Shown: piece after piece, positions 19,411 through 29,488 of the stretch | How positions within the stretch are numbered: position 1 is the stretch's first letter | Layout of the letters: each line of letters opens with the position of its first letter | Program-made: the position numbers and the translations under genes | Assembly: GCA_020631975.1 (NCBI GenBank) | Contig: JACKGO010000008.1 | Coordinates: forward strand, 8,446-72,445 | From: Candidatus Nomurabacteria bacterium | Lineage (GTDB): Bacteria > Patescibacteriota > Saccharimonadia > Saccharimonadales > CAIOMD01 | Direction: 5' to 3' | DNA length: 64,000 nucleotides | Notes under the pieces: model-generated | The model's database searches: none | What the model saw: the letters and a program-made list of their open reading frames with translations, nothing else | Told to the model about the DNA's origin: nothing

Positions 19411-20245
19411 GGATAGACCTCACTAACGCCCGTACCACCACACGGCTTTTACTTGGTTTTATCTTTTTATCAAACACTATAAAAGGATTTTTTGCAATAG
19501 CTACCGCTGTCCAGTTGTACATATCAACTGCTGTACGCAGTGCGATTCGCTGCGATCGCGGTATGTATTTCATGCCTTTATCTGCCTGTTTTTGCCATTT
19601 TGTATAGTACGCAAGTTGGGCTTCTATAAATTCACGAAACGCTGCTGGGTGCCGATACACATCTTCTTTAGAAACACTCGGAAGCCCGTATTTCTTGAGT
19701 TCGCTCGCTGGGAAATATGCCCTCCCCAGCTGATTATCCTCTGCGATATCGCGTATAAAATTGATATATTGCATAGCCCTGCCTTGCATACGAGCCGCTT
19801 CGTAGCCCCGCTCTGGTACACCGATTATTTTTGCCATCATGAGCCCAATAACTTCTGCAGAGCCGTACATGTAAGCAATGATGTCGTCTAATGTTTTGTA
19901 TCTTTTTTTTCCTAAATCTTGTTCCATGGCGTCTAAAAATGCACTCACCCACTCTTTAGAAAAATCATACTTTTTGTATACGTCATACATATTAGTTACA
20001 GCCAAGCGAATATCTGAATTCATTTTTTTAGACGGTTGCTTATTTATATTCACCAATGCGGTCCACGCTTTTTTTAATTGAATAAAAGATTTTTTATTCT
20101 GTGGCTTGGCATCTACAAAGTTATCGGCAATACGTACAAAACTATAAAGTTTAAATACGTCTTCTTTTGTCTGCTCTGGAAAGAATACGCTACTCCAGTA
20201 ATATGTTGTGCTACCTTGTTTAAATATCTCTTTTTCTCTTGTCAC
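19403..20245 (-). CDS. crtB: phytoene synthase
   Basis: 280-aa ORF with squalene/phytoene synthase Asp-rich motifs (RIADNFVD and IRDIAED). It overlaps crtI by 4 nt. Confidence 0.85.
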   Translation of the reverse strand: MTREKEIFKQGSTTYYWSSVFFPEQTKEDVFKLYSFVRIADNFVDAKPQNKKSFIQLKKAWTALVNINKQPSKKMNSDIRLAVTNMYDVYKKYDFSKEWVSAFLDAMEQDLGKKRYKTLDDIIAYMYGSAEVIGLMMAKIIGVPERGYEAARMQGRAMQYINFIRDIAEDNQLGRAYFPASELKKYGLPSVSKEDVYRHPAAFREFIEAQLAYYTKWQKQADKGMKYIPRSQRIALRTAVDMYNWTAVAIAKNPFIVFDKKIKPSKSRVVVRALVRSIHA

Positions 20246-21714
20246 TGGCGAACCCTTTCGCCCACCACTCTTGCAATAATTTTACCAGATAACACTACCA
20301 TTGGCACGCCCGTACCTGGGTTTGTGTATTGCCCTACATAATATAAATTCTTTAATTTTTTACTTTGCATACGGGGCCTAAACATCGCACTTTGGCCTAG
20401 TGTATGCGCTAAACCAAAGGCATTGCCCTTATACGCGTTAAATGTTTCTGCAAAAAAGTCCATCAGAACAACTTTTTTAACCACAATATGTTTGCTAATG
20501 TTTGTTTTTGTACGAGCTTCTAGGCGAGCGATTAAACTTTCTACTAGTTCATTTATTTGATCTTTTGTTGGGTGCAAGCCATTCGCAAGCGGTGCGAGCA
20601 TAATAATATTTTCTTTCCCTTTTGGTGCTACCGTAGGATCTGTCTTACTTGGGTTAGAAACATAAAAAAGCGGGCGGAGCGACCATTCTTTTTTTGAAAA
20701 TACTTGGTCAAAATGACCATGCCAGTCTGCATCAAAAAACATTGTATGATGCAACAAACCAGGCACTACTTTGTCTACCCCCAAGTACACCAACATAGCA
20801 GACGGTGATAGTGTTTTTTTGGCCCAGTACTTTTCTGGATACGATTGGTAGTTTCTTGGCACCAGCTTTGTTTCTACGTGATGATAATCGGCGTTCGCTA
20901 TAACAGCATCAAATTGGTGCTTAACACCAGCAACTTCAACATGCGATACGGAATGCTGTGTCGTATGAATTCTGGTAACTTCTGCGTTATACACAAATGT
21001 TGCGCCCTGTTGTTTAGCAATCGTCTCAAAACCTTTTACCACAGCCCCAAAACCACCCATTGGGTACCATATACCAAGGCTCAAATCGACGTGACTTAAT
21101 AAACTATAGACTCCCGGAATATTCTGTGGGCTGCCACCCATAAACACTGTCATGAATTCGAGAATTTTTTGAATATCTTGGTTGCGTGACGTTTTTTTAA
21201 TACGGCTATGGTACGAAAAAAACAATTCCGGATTCGCAAGCATAGACAGTGCTTTACTATCAATTGCGTCTATTGGTGAGATATAGTCTTTTTCTAGTAG
21301 GTGTTCACGAATGTGTCGGTATTCTTTGCCTGTTTTTTTAAGCAGTTGCTTTACTTGCTTGGCTGCACCTGGTTCAAGATCGTCAAATACCGCCAAGCCA
21401 CCTTCATCTACCGGACTAACATCGTGCGACGTTGTATTGTTATACACCCGATACGACGGAAGGAGTTTTTTTAGTTGGTAGTATTTTTCTGATGAAGTAT
21501 TAAAATCTGTAAAAAAATCTTCAAATACATCTGGCATCATGTACCAACTTGGCCCCATGTCAAACGTAAAGCCTTTGTGTTTATATACAATTGCCCGGCC
21601 ACCTGGCTGACTGTTTTTTTCGAACACTGTAACATCATAGCCATCGCGCGCTAAATATGCGGCAGCGCTTATGCCGCCAAAACCAGCACCAATTATTGCT
21701 ATTTTTTTCTTCAT
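20242..21714 (-). CDS. crtI: phytoene desaturase
   Basis: 490-aa ORF with the N-terminal FAD fold KKIAIIGAGFGGISAA and the C-terminal CrtI motif GQYTNPGTGVPMVVLSG. Confidence 0.85.
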   Translation of the reverse strand: MKKKIAIIGAGFGGISAAAYLARDGYDVTVFEKNSQPGGRAIVYKHKGFTFDMGPSWYMMPDVFEDFFTDFNTSSEKYYQLKKLLPSYRVYNNTTSHDVSPVDEGGLAVFDDLEPGAAKQVKQLLKKTGKEYRHIREHLLEKDYISPIDAIDSKALSMLANPELFFSYHSRIKKTSRNQDIQKILEFMTVFMGGSPQNIPGVYSLLSHVDLSLGIWYPMGGFGAVVKGFETIAKQQGATFVYNAEVTRIHTTQHSVSHVEVAGVKHQFDAVIANADYHHVETKLVPRNYQSYPEKYWAKKTLSPSAMLVYLGVDKVVPGLLHHTMFFDADWHGHFDQVFSKKEWSLRPLFYVSNPSKTDPTVAPKGKENIIMLAPLANGLHPTKDQINELVESLIARLEARTKTNISKHIVVKKVVLMDFFAETFNAYKGNAFGLAHTLGQSAMFRPRMQSKKLKNLYYVGQYTNPGTGVPMVVLSGKIIARVVGERVRQ

Positions 21715-21751
21715 ACTCTATTTAGTATACCTTTTAATGTCATCAATTGTG

Positions 21752-22864
21752 CTACGTGTTACGCACGAGAATGTATTGAGCAAGATCTATAAGAAATTGC
21801 TTTGCTTGTGGCACCCACGTTGTTTCGCTACTAATAGCGGCTATTGCTTTTTTGCTAGACTGTTCTGCTTGTTCTTTGGTGTAATCTAGCGCACCTGTTT
21901 TTGTAATAATGCTTTGGCATTTTTCAAAATCGTGCATGGTAAGTTGTTGGCTGCCAAGACATGCTTCTAGAAAATAACTGTCTGAAGCATTAGCTTTTTC
22001 TAGGGCTGCGAGTACCATTAATGTACGTTTACCTTCTTTTATGTCGTCTAGCGGACTTTTGCCTGTCATATCAGATGAGCCAAAAGTACCAATAATATCA
22101 TCAACAAGCTGAAACGCCCGCCCCGCATGCAAACCATAGTCTGCCAGCTTTGCCATGTCTGCTTTGCGAGCTCCGGCCAAAATACCCCCAAGCTGCAAAG
22201 GATTTATAAATGTATAGTACGCCGTTTTCCATTCTAAAATATGGTTTACTTCTTCTGAAGATGCAGCTCCATTAGACTCTACAAAAATGTCCATTGTTTG
22301 GCCATGAGCGGTAACAATAAAACATTTATTAACATTCTGTAGGGCCTTAATACGAATATCTGCTGAGGTTGGCAACGTAGCTATAAGGTTAGCAGCGTAA
22401 TGCTGAGCAATCAAAAAACTGTTTATAGCCATTGCTTCACCAAAGTGCAAAGAATCACCTTTTAAGTGCTTTTTAACATGAAAATCACGCATTTGAATAT
22501 GTGCTGTTTTGCCACCACGGCGAGATTCTGATCTATCCTGAATATCATCCGCGATTAAAATATAGGTGTTGAGCATTTCTAGAGCGCACGCTGCTTGGGT
22601 AATCATTGGTTGATTATCGCCTTCAAACAAAGCATATGCCGCCATTGCCAGTGAGCCACGAATACGCTTACCACCCTTCAGTAGTACAGCCGCGTACGCT
22701 GCGACCACTTCTTTTGGTACTTCACCAAACTGTTCGTTTGTATCTGCAAGCAGATGCTCACTTATGCGCTGCAGCTCTGTATCAATAGTATGTTTATGGG
22801 TGCTTAGTTGTTGCTTAAAAAGTGTAAAATCTGTGGTCTCAATTGTATCTGTTGGCTTTGGCAT
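21752..22864 (-). CDS. crtE: polyprenyl (geranylgeranyl) diphosphate synthase
   Basis: The first Asp-rich motif is LIADDIQDRSESRRG and the second is FQLVDDIIG. It is upstream of crtI-crtB-cyclase on the same strand. Confidence 0.8.
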   Translation of the reverse strand: MPKPTDTIETTDFTLFKQQLSTHKHTIDTELQRISEHLLADTNEQFGEVPKEVVAAYAAVLLKGGKRIRGSLAMAAYALFEGDNQPMITQAACALEMLNTYILIADDIQDRSESRRGGKTAHIQMRDFHVKKHLKGDSLHFGEAMAINSFLIAQHYAANLIATLPTSADIRIKALQNVNKCFIVTAHGQTMDIFVESNGAASSEEVNHILEWKTAYYTFINPLQLGGILAGARKADMAKLADYGLHAGRAFQLVDDIIGTFGSSDMTGKSPLDDIKEGKRTLMVLAALEKANASDSYFLEACLGSQQLTMHDFEKCQSIITKTGALDYTKEQAEQSSKKAIAAISSETTWVPQAKQFLIDLAQYILVRNT

Positions 22865-22885
22865 GATACTACCTGCTTGTCTTTC

Positions 22886-23446
22886 CTAGGCCAGCTGCAA
22901 CTCCCTTTCTGCAGCTGCAAAAAAGTCTTCTAATGACGCGTTGTTTTGTAAATGTATATCGGCTATCTGGCCAATTTGTGTAATATTAAAATCGGCATCA
23001 CTCAGGCCACTTGCAAGTTCTTTTTGTTCACGCTGCTTAAAAGCTTCTAACGTTATGCGCGCTTCGCCGTCACGATGGCGTGATTGCATACGGATAAAAC
23101 GCAATTCTAGAGGGGCATCTACAAATACTATCGTGCCCCCTTTTTCTTTTATGGCTTTGGCTTCAGCCAAACTGCGTATTCCAGTAATGACGGCACCTGC
23201 ATAGGTACGAATACTATTTTGGTACCTGTCTAGTGCCCTATCTACTAGCACTCCGCCACCGTAAGAGTGACGTAATTCGTTGCCTACATCATATAGCACG
23301 GGGCGTTCTACCGAACCGCGCTGTGACTGAGCGATTTCTCGCACAATATCACCCGTACTTATATGCATTAGACCAAATTTTTCTTGCAGGTGATCGGCAA
23401 GTGTGTCTTTACCACTAGACAGCGTTCCAGATAATCCTATAATCAT
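22886..23446 (-). CDS. P-loop nucleoside/nucleotide kinase family protein
   Basis: 186-aa ORF with the Walker A-like GLSGTLSSGKDT at the N-terminus. The size fits adenylate/dNMP/dephospho-CoA kinase-like folds. The subfamily is not resolvable by eye. Confidence 0.5.
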   Translation of the reverse strand: MIIGLSGTLSSGKDTLADHLQEKFGLMHISTGDIVREIAQSQRGSVERPVLYDVGNELRHSYGGGVLVDRALDRYQNSIRTYAGAVITGIRSLAEAKAIKEKGGTIVFVDAPLELRFIRMQSRHRDGEARITLEAFKQREQKELASGLSDADFNITQIGQIADIHLQNNASLEDFFAAAERELQLA

Positions 23447-23457
23447 ATGCTTTTATA

Positions 23458-24570
23458 TTACCGTATATAGTCGAGTAATCGCTTACTTTCTTTATGTTTA
23501 CGAAGTTTTGCCAACGCTTTGGCTTCTATTTGGCGAATACGTTCACGGGTAACACTAAATTCGTGACCTACTTCTTCTAGTGTATGGTTTTTGCCATCGT
23601 CAAGCCCAAATCGCATACGGATAATTTTTTGTTCACGCTCACTTAGGCCGCTTAGAAGTTCTTGCACGTGCTCTTTTAATAGCTGATTCGTAGCTGATTC
23701 TTCTGGCGTTACTGTGTCTTCGTCTTCTACGAAGTCACCAAGTACAGAATCTTCTTCATCATCACGTACCGATTGATCAAGTGAGTGAATATCTTGTTTA
23801 ATCTTCATGATATGCTCAACTTTTTCAACTTCCATTTCCATTTCTTTGGCAATTTCTTCGTTGGTTGGTTCGCGGTTAAGTTCTTGCGTCAAACGGCGCT
23901 GAGTACGAAGTAACTTATTAATCGTTTCTACCATGTGTACAGGAATACGAATCGTTCGTGCTTGGTCAGCAATCGCTCGGGTAATTGCTTGGCGAATCCA
24001 CCACGTTGCATACGTACTAAATTTAAAGCCTTTGTCTGGGTCAAACTTTTCTACCGCACGCAACAACCCCGTATTACCTTCTTGAATTAAGTCTAATAAA
24101 TCTAACCCACGGCCAACATATCGCTTGGCTATAGAAACAACAAGGCGCATATTGGCCTCTGCCATTTTGTCTTTAGCGCGTTTATCGCCCGCCACCACTT
24201 TATGGGCCAAAGCAAGCTCTTCTTCAGACGAAAGTAGCGGTATTTTACCTATTTCACGTAAATACAAGCGCACCGAATCATCAGAAACATCGTCAAGCAA
24301 CGCTGCTTGGGTAGTCATAATTTCTTCTTCGTCTTCTGCCTCCCACTCGTCTTCTACCTTGGCGATTACTTCTAGTGGTGGATCTTCATGCCCATTTACT
24401 TCAATACCAGCGTCTACCAATTCAGAGCTAATGGTGTCGTATAGCTCAATATTATCGGCTGCTTCTGGAATCATGGCCAATATTTCTTTATATTCTATTT
24501 TGCCGCTTATACGCGCTTTTTCTAATAATTTACTTTTTTTGTCAGTCAAATCTGCAGGTTTATCTACCAC
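23458..24570 (-). CDS. rpoD: RNA polymerase sigma factor RpoD
   Basis: Region 2 is [37 protein letters not shown]. Region 4 is [24 protein letters not shown]. Confidence 0.92.
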   Translation of the reverse strand: MVDKPADLTDKKSKLLEKARISGKIEYKEILAMIPEAADNIELYDTISSELVDAGIEVNGHEDPPLEVIAKVEDEWEAEDEEEIMTTQAALLDDVSDDSVRLYLREIGKIPLLSSEEELALAHKVVAGDKRAKDKMAEANMRLVVSIAKRYVGRGLDLLDLIQEGNTGLLRAVEKFDPDKGFKFSTYATWWIRQAITRAIADQARTIRIPVHMVETINKLLRTQRRLTQELNREPTNEEIAKEMEMEVEKVEHIMKIKQDIHSLDQSVRDDEEDSVLGDFVEDEDTVTPEESATNQLLKEHVQELLSGLSEREQKIIRMRFGLDDGKNHTLEEVGHEFSVTRERIRQIEAKALAKLRKHKESKRLLDYIR

Positions 24571-24571
24571 T

Positions 24572-26329
24572 CTATGATTGCCCTTTCTTTAATAGTTGAT
24601 TGAATTGTTCTAGCAATGTGTTTACTTTTTCTTCGTCGCCAGCCTCTTCTGCCTGCTTAATCTGCGCAGACAAAAGTTGTCTTTGGCTCACAAAATATTT
24701 TGATTTTAGTTTTTCAATTAAATCTTGCAGCTCTCGCAATCTTTCGTTGGCATCAAAGCCAACTGCGTAGAGTTCTTCTGCTTTCAGTAGTAGTATTTTG
24801 ACATAGTCTTCGACATCTTTCAAATCATCAGGTATAGAATCTGTAATTGTAACGTGAGGATTTTGGCTCACATACTCAAATACGCGTTGGCGCTCTGGGG
24901 TGCTAAACACAAAATAGGTAGTATCTGCCGTTTCTAAAAACCGCCGCGTTATTGGGAACATAACTAGTAGTGATAGCAGTTGATCTTGGTATGCTTCTTG
25001 GTCGTGGCCGAGCGTAGGCGCATCGTTTTTGCGCTTTTTTAGGCTGGCTTTTTCGCCAGATGCCATAACCGCTAACTTGGTTTTTATGGCAGATTCACTC
25101 ACACCTGCAATTTCTGCTAATACTTTAATGTAGTGATCTTTCTCTACAGAATCGTGCAAACTATTCACAATATGCGCCAAGGCATCACTAAACTTTCGTT
25201 TGCCACTAGCGCTGGTAATATCAAACTGCTCTTTGTACCTATCAATCAGCCAATCTACTGCGTAAACAGGCGAATGAATCGCTTCTTCCCATAGCGCAAC
25301 ATTTTTTTGAATGAGCTCGTCAGGATCTTTACCTTCTGGGAGCGAAACAATAGAAAGTTGTACACCTGCAGCCTGAGCAACATCTATGGCACGTTCGGCT
25401 GCAGCAACACCTGCTGCGTCTTGGTCAAAGCAAAGCCGAATATCCGTCGTCAACCGCTGTAAGGCTTTAATCTGAAAACCCGTCATTGCAGTACCGGCCG
25501 TCGCGACAACGTTTTTATAGCCTGCTTGGTGCGTGCTAATCACATCCATATTGCCTTCTACAATCACCACAAAACCACTCGTTCTGATAGCTTCTTTGGC
25601 TGCGTGTAAGCCAAAGACGTGGCGACTTTTGTCATATAAAATTGTCTGTGGAGTATTAATGTATTTAGGACCACTGTCTTCTTTATGTAAAATACGTGCT
25701 GTAAAACCAAGTGGGTTCCCTTGGGCATCATATAGCGGAATAACAATTCTACCCCGAAACATATCATTCACTTTGCCGTAGCGATCATTCGCAAGCCCAG
25801 CAAGTTTCATGTCATGAACAGACACACCTTTTTTGGTCAATGCATCCACAAGTGCTGTACCAGTGTTTGGTGCGTAGCCAATGCCAAAGTCGGCGATAGT
25901 TTGGCGGCGTAACGCCCGTGTGTCGGTTACGTAGGAGAGTGCCGATGGGCTATGCAAGAGCGATTGTTGGTAATACCGTACCGCCATAGTCAAAGCAGCT
26001 TGGGCAGCATCTTTTTTCTTACGCATACCACCACCATCGCCTTTATCGTACAAACTCAGGTCTACACCAGCGCGCCGAGCCAATATTTCTAGCGAACCCC
26101 TAAAGTCTACACCTTCCATTTCCATAATAAAGCTAAACATATCACCACCCCTGCCAGAGCTAAAATCATGCCAAATTTGTTTTTCTGGGCTAACGATAAA
26201 ACTGGGTGTACGCTCAGATGTAAACGGACTCAGACCTTTAAAATTGCGCCCAGAACGTTTTAGCTCAACATATTCAGCAACCACATCTTCTATACTTAAA
26301 CGTTGCTTAACCTCTTCTACAGCATCCAT
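24572..26329 (-). CDS. dnaG: DNA primase
   Basis: 585-aa ORF with a zinc-binding N-terminal region and a TOPRIM domain ([10 protein letters not shown] and CFDQDAAG). It forms the dnaG-rpoD pair. Confidence 0.9.
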   Translation of the reverse strand: MDAVEEVKQRLSIEDVVAEYVELKRSGRNFKGLSPFTSERTPSFIVSPEKQIWHDFSSGRGGDMFSFIMEMEGVDFRGSLEILARRAGVDLSLYDKGDGGGMRKKKDAAQAALTMAVRYYQQSLLHSPSALSYVTDTRALRRQTIADFGIGYAPNTGTALVDALTKKGVSVHDMKLAGLANDRYGKVNDMFRGRIVIPLYDAQGNPLGFTARILHKEDSGPKYINTPQTILYDKSRHVFGLHAAKEAIRTSGFVVIVEGNMDVISTHQAGYKNVVATAGTAMTGFQIKALQRLTTDIRLCFDQDAAGVAAAERAIDVAQAAGVQLSIVSLPEGKDPDELIQKNVALWEEAIHSPVYAVDWLIDRYKEQFDITSASGKRKFSDALAHIVNSLHDSVEKDHYIKVLAEIAGVSESAIKTKLAVMASGEKASLKKRKNDAPTLGHDQEAYQDQLLSLLVMFPITRRFLETADTTYFVFSTPERQRVFEYVSQNPHVTITDSIPDDLKDVEDYVKILLLKAEELYAVGFDANERLRELQDLIEKLKSKYFVSQRQLLSAQIKQAEEAGDEEKVNTLLEQFNQLLKKGQS

Positions 26330-26458
26330 GCTATAAGGGTATAGCGTTTATTGCCTAGCGTAAAGACCGTGTCGCGCCTTACTCGTAGCCCACTGTGCGC
26401 TATACTATTTATGCTTTTATTCCACATTACCAAAAGTTTCATCTATAATCATATAGTA

Positions 26459-27034
26459 ATGGACCAAAACAACTACGAATTTATCATGAACCAAACATCG
26501 CAAAAAAAACCATTGTTTGGTGGTAGTAAAAAACAACGCATCATTATTATTGTGGCCGGAGCAGCACTAGCGTTATTGCTTGGCATATTACTGGTCACGG
26601 TGATATCTGCCAGTAGTAAAAATACGCAAGAAGTACTAGCGCCGGTTGGTGGTGCCCAAGCTGATATTATCGCAATTACAGAAATAGGCGCCAAAGAGGC
26701 GCGAGACACAGCCACTATTAATAAAACTGCTTCTGTTAGCTTAACCGTATCATCACAAAATGCCGCTATCATGGGGCAACTCGGCAAAAATGCCAAAAAA
26801 ATAATCGCCCCATACCAAAATAGTGGCTATGAAGCAGTGCTAGATGATGCCAAAAATTCTGGTTCGTTTGACAAAACCTACCAAACCATTCTTACTGAAC
26901 GGCTAGATTTATACCGCCAAACCCTTGTAACTGCCTATAGTCAAACAAAATCTGCCAAGCTTAAAAAAGAGCTCGAATCGTACTATGCCCAAATTGGTGT
27001 TATCTTGGGCGAACCCACCACCCCAAAGCAGTAA
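26459..27034 (+). CDS. membrane-anchored hypothetical protein
   Basis: The internal ATG at 26459 (MDQNNYEF...) is preferred over the track start. One TM helix (IIIIVAGAALALLLGILLV). Confidence 0.5.
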   Translation: MDQNNYEFIMNQTSQKKPLFGGSKKQRIIIIVAGAALALLLGILLVTVISASSKNTQEVLAPVGGAQADIIAITEIGAKEARDTATINKTASVSLTVSSQNAAIMGQLGKNAKKIIAPYQNSGYEAVLDDAKNSGSFDKTYQTILTERLDLYRQTLVTAYSQTKSAKLKKELESYYAQIGVILGEPTTPKQ

Positions 27035-27067
27035 AGCAGTGAAAAGTATATAAGTTAGTAAGTGAGT

Positions 27068-27105
27068 AGAGTGCTGCTGTATCTTAATACTTAGCAGCTT
27101 ACTCT
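27068..27105. terminator. long hairpin between convergent genes
   Basis: AGAGUGCUGCU...AGCAGCUUACUCU, about 11 bp with one bulge. There is no clear U-tract, so terminator function is uncertain. Confidence 0.35.
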
Positions 27106-27114
27106 CTTCTATAC

Positions 27115-27453
27115 TTACCCACTTACTACTAAATTGTAGCTATGGCGAATAAGGTCTTGCACTTCTTCCCATGTAAGCTGACCAGTTAAAATAATCGTGT
27201 TCCAGTGCTTTTTGTTTAAGTGGTAGCCCGGCAATACCGTTTCATACTTTTCGCGGAGTACAACCGCAAGTTGTGGGTCGCATTTTAAGCTCAATCGTAA
27301 GGGTGTGGTGTCTTCTGCAATCAGCGCAAACATCTTTTGCCGCGCTGCTTCGTCGGCACCAACTTTATATACCGCTACACCTTTGCCAAATGGGTAATCG
27401 AGCACTGCACCAGGCATGCTCAAAATGTATTGTTCGACAGTTTTGTGTTCCAT
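27115..27453 (-). CDS. MmcQ/YjbR family protein
   Basis: 112-aa ORF with the YjbR pattern (YPFGKGVAVYKVG, LSLKCDP and PGYHLNKKHWNT). Confidence 0.7.
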   Translation of the reverse strand: MEHKTVEQYILSMPGAVLDYPFGKGVAVYKVGADEAARQKMFALIAEDTTPLRLSLKCDPQLAVVLREKYETVLPGYHLNKKHWNTIILTGQLTWEEVQDLIRHSYNLVVSG

Positions 27454-27540
27454 CTTTACACTAGTTTACCGCAAATATTCATCTGTTTACAGATACTTGT
27501 AAATAACCTCCTATATACTATTCAGTTTCACGTGTGATAC

Positions 27541-29061
27541 TTAATGACGTGTTCTTCTTGTGGTATAACGTGACCGTGGGAAGAAATTCCTTTGGCCTCT
27601 TGGGCCACTGTTGCCACCATTATTGGATTGGGCTGGTTGTTTACGCCTAAAACCTCGTCCGCCATGTTGAGTAGTTTCCTTACCTTTGCTTCGCTGTCTT
27701 TTAGGTATAATGCTAGCTGTTGGGTCTTTTGGTGGTAAGTTCGCATCTTCTAGCGGCCTATCTGTAACACCAGACTCTATATTTGTTGTTATGATTGGTG
27801 TGATTTTACCCCGATATTTTTGTACACCATATAGGCCAGTAGCAATACCGCTACGTGACACGCCTCTCTGTCGTCTTGTGCCCATGAATCTAGTAGTACC
27901 ACCCATGCGAATTCTGCCTGTTTTTGACGATTTGCCAGCCATTTGTGCCATAAGTTTAGTACTGCCAATGCCCGTCGCTGTAACATCTTCAAATGATTCT
28001 CCATTAGACACTTTTACTCCGTTTGTACCATGCTTTGGATTTGGGTATTGCGATGATTTCCTTCTTCTAAAAGGAATAATTATTGGTACTATCACAATTG
28101 AGCTAGGTTGGTCTTCTTCTTCATTTACGACACCCGTTTCTGGTTCACTCACTACATTATTCTTTGCTGTTATAATTGCCTTTACATATCTATCTCGCTT
28201 CAAGCCTGCCAGTGTTTCTCTTGCATCCTTGGGCAGCTCTTGTGGGTTTCTGTTATAAAGCGAGACTAAATCAACTGTACGTATACCCATCGTATCAGCA
28301 AGTTGTTCTATATCTTTGTTAAGCTGTTTATCTTGCGTTTCTATACCCTTGGGTTTTTGCATAACATCAATCACTTGTTCATATTCTTCAGCACTCAGTT
28401 GTTGCCTCAATAGAGCAGTGACAAGTTTTTCTACTGCTTTGGCACGAGTTAGGGCAAGTGCTTCGTTTTTAGCACTGTCTATTCCTAGACCGGGATTTTC
28501 ACCACCATACATATATGCATAGTCATCTTCGTCTGATGCGCTACCGATAAAACGAATGTCAGTTATTTCACTATCATTCTGTATAAGATCAGTTATTGTG
28601 TCTGCAATTTTTTGCACTTGTGCCATGGCTACTGGTTTTTCTGCCATTGCATCTTTGTCAAAAAGACGAGCCCACTCCATAAGCGCTACCCTTAGCTGTT
28701 CCTTGACTATTTCTTGGCTTGATTCTGGCGTACCTGACTTAGTGTCTTTAGCATCATCTGGTTGCTCTGCAATCTCTACACCGGGCAACCTCAGTGTCGC
28801 ATCTCCGGGTAAGATATCAGGCAAACCTATACCAATACTCGCTTCATGGCTTCTTGTTTGCATCGTTGCAACAGTAGTAAAACCAGTGTGTTCTGGTGCA
28901 CTATTGTTCTGTTGTGTAGCACCCATACTGGCAAGTACAGATAAAGCCACGGAGCCAAACCAGCGACCTATGCGCCATCGTCTTTGATTATTATCTTGTT
29001 CTGTAGTAGATACCTGTTCTATTGTGTGTGATAAGGGAGTTCCTTCTCCATATGTTGACAT
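27541..29061 (-). CDS. two-TM protein with an OmpA/MotB-like segment and an Arg/Gly-rich basic tail
   Basis: 506-aa ORF. TM1 is WFGSVALSVLASMGA. IRFIGSASDED...NEALALTRAKAVEKLV resembles the OmpA C-terminal-like peptidoglycan-binding motif. TM2 is SSIVIVPIIIPF. The last ~150 aa are R/G/K-rich. Confidence 0.5.
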   Translation of the reverse strand: MSTYGEGTPLSHTIEQVSTTEQDNNQRRWRIGRWFGSVALSVLASMGATQQNNSAPEHTGFTTVATMQTRSHEASIGIGLPDILPGDATLRLPGVEIAEQPDDAKDTKSGTPESSQEIVKEQLRVALMEWARLFDKDAMAEKPVAMAQVQKIADTITDLIQNDSEITDIRFIGSASDEDDYAYMYGGENPGLGIDSAKNEALALTRAKAVEKLVTALLRQQLSAEEYEQVIDVMQKPKGIETQDKQLNKDIEQLADTMGIRTVDLVSLYNRNPQELPKDARETLAGLKRDRYVKAIITAKNNVVSEPETGVVNEEEDQPSSIVIVPIIIPFRRRKSSQYPNPKHGTNGVKVSNGESFEDVTATGIGSTKLMAQMAGKSSKTGRIRMGGTTRFMGTRRQRGVSRSGIATGLYGVQKYRGKITPIITTNIESGVTDRPLEDANLPPKDPTASIIPKRQRSKGKETTQHGGRGFRRKQPAQSNNGGNSGPRGQRNFFPRSRYTTRRTRH

Positions 29062-29139
29062 TATTTTATTTCCTTTTTGATATGTTTTTGTTTGTAATTG
29101 TATGATTATACATTAGCACAGTTTTGCTTATTTGTCAAT
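29062..29139 (-). promoter_or_regulatory. promoter-leader module of 27541..29061
   Basis: Minus strand: TTGACA - AATAAGCAAAACTGTGC - TAATGT. This is followed by the leader ...CAATTACAAACAAAAACAT... and SD AAAGGAAA. Confidence 0.55.
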
Positions 29140-29179
29140 TATAAGTTTAAGGTTTTGGCTGACGCACGTTACAAATAAC

Positions 29180-29395
29180 GAGCGCCGTACCCAAAAACTT
29201 AAATGGCTTACTGCTTGAAAGGCCATCCACTATTCTTTGACATTAGTTGTCAATTGGAGCCGAATGAGAGGCTTACATCAAATGAGGGGTTCCTAGTAGA
29301 CAGCCTGTTATCAAGCAACCAAGCCAAGTTTTTAACGAGCTTACTCTATAAATAAGCCCTGCCGTGAGCCAAATAGTCTTTAGCTCACGTATAGG
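29180..29395. repeat. Repeat A, copy 1 (~215 bp)
   Basis: Near-identical to 32516..32719 apart from about 9 substitutions and a 13-14-nt indel. It contains the palindrome TTGACA-N5-TGTCAA at 29237..29253. Confidence 0.85.
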
Positions 29396-29488
29396 GGTCG
29401 TCTATTTATGTACTAATTTTTCTACAGCGCGACATACCATTAAACCTATTCTCATTATCAATAGTTTGATATATACATAGTCGCAAGT

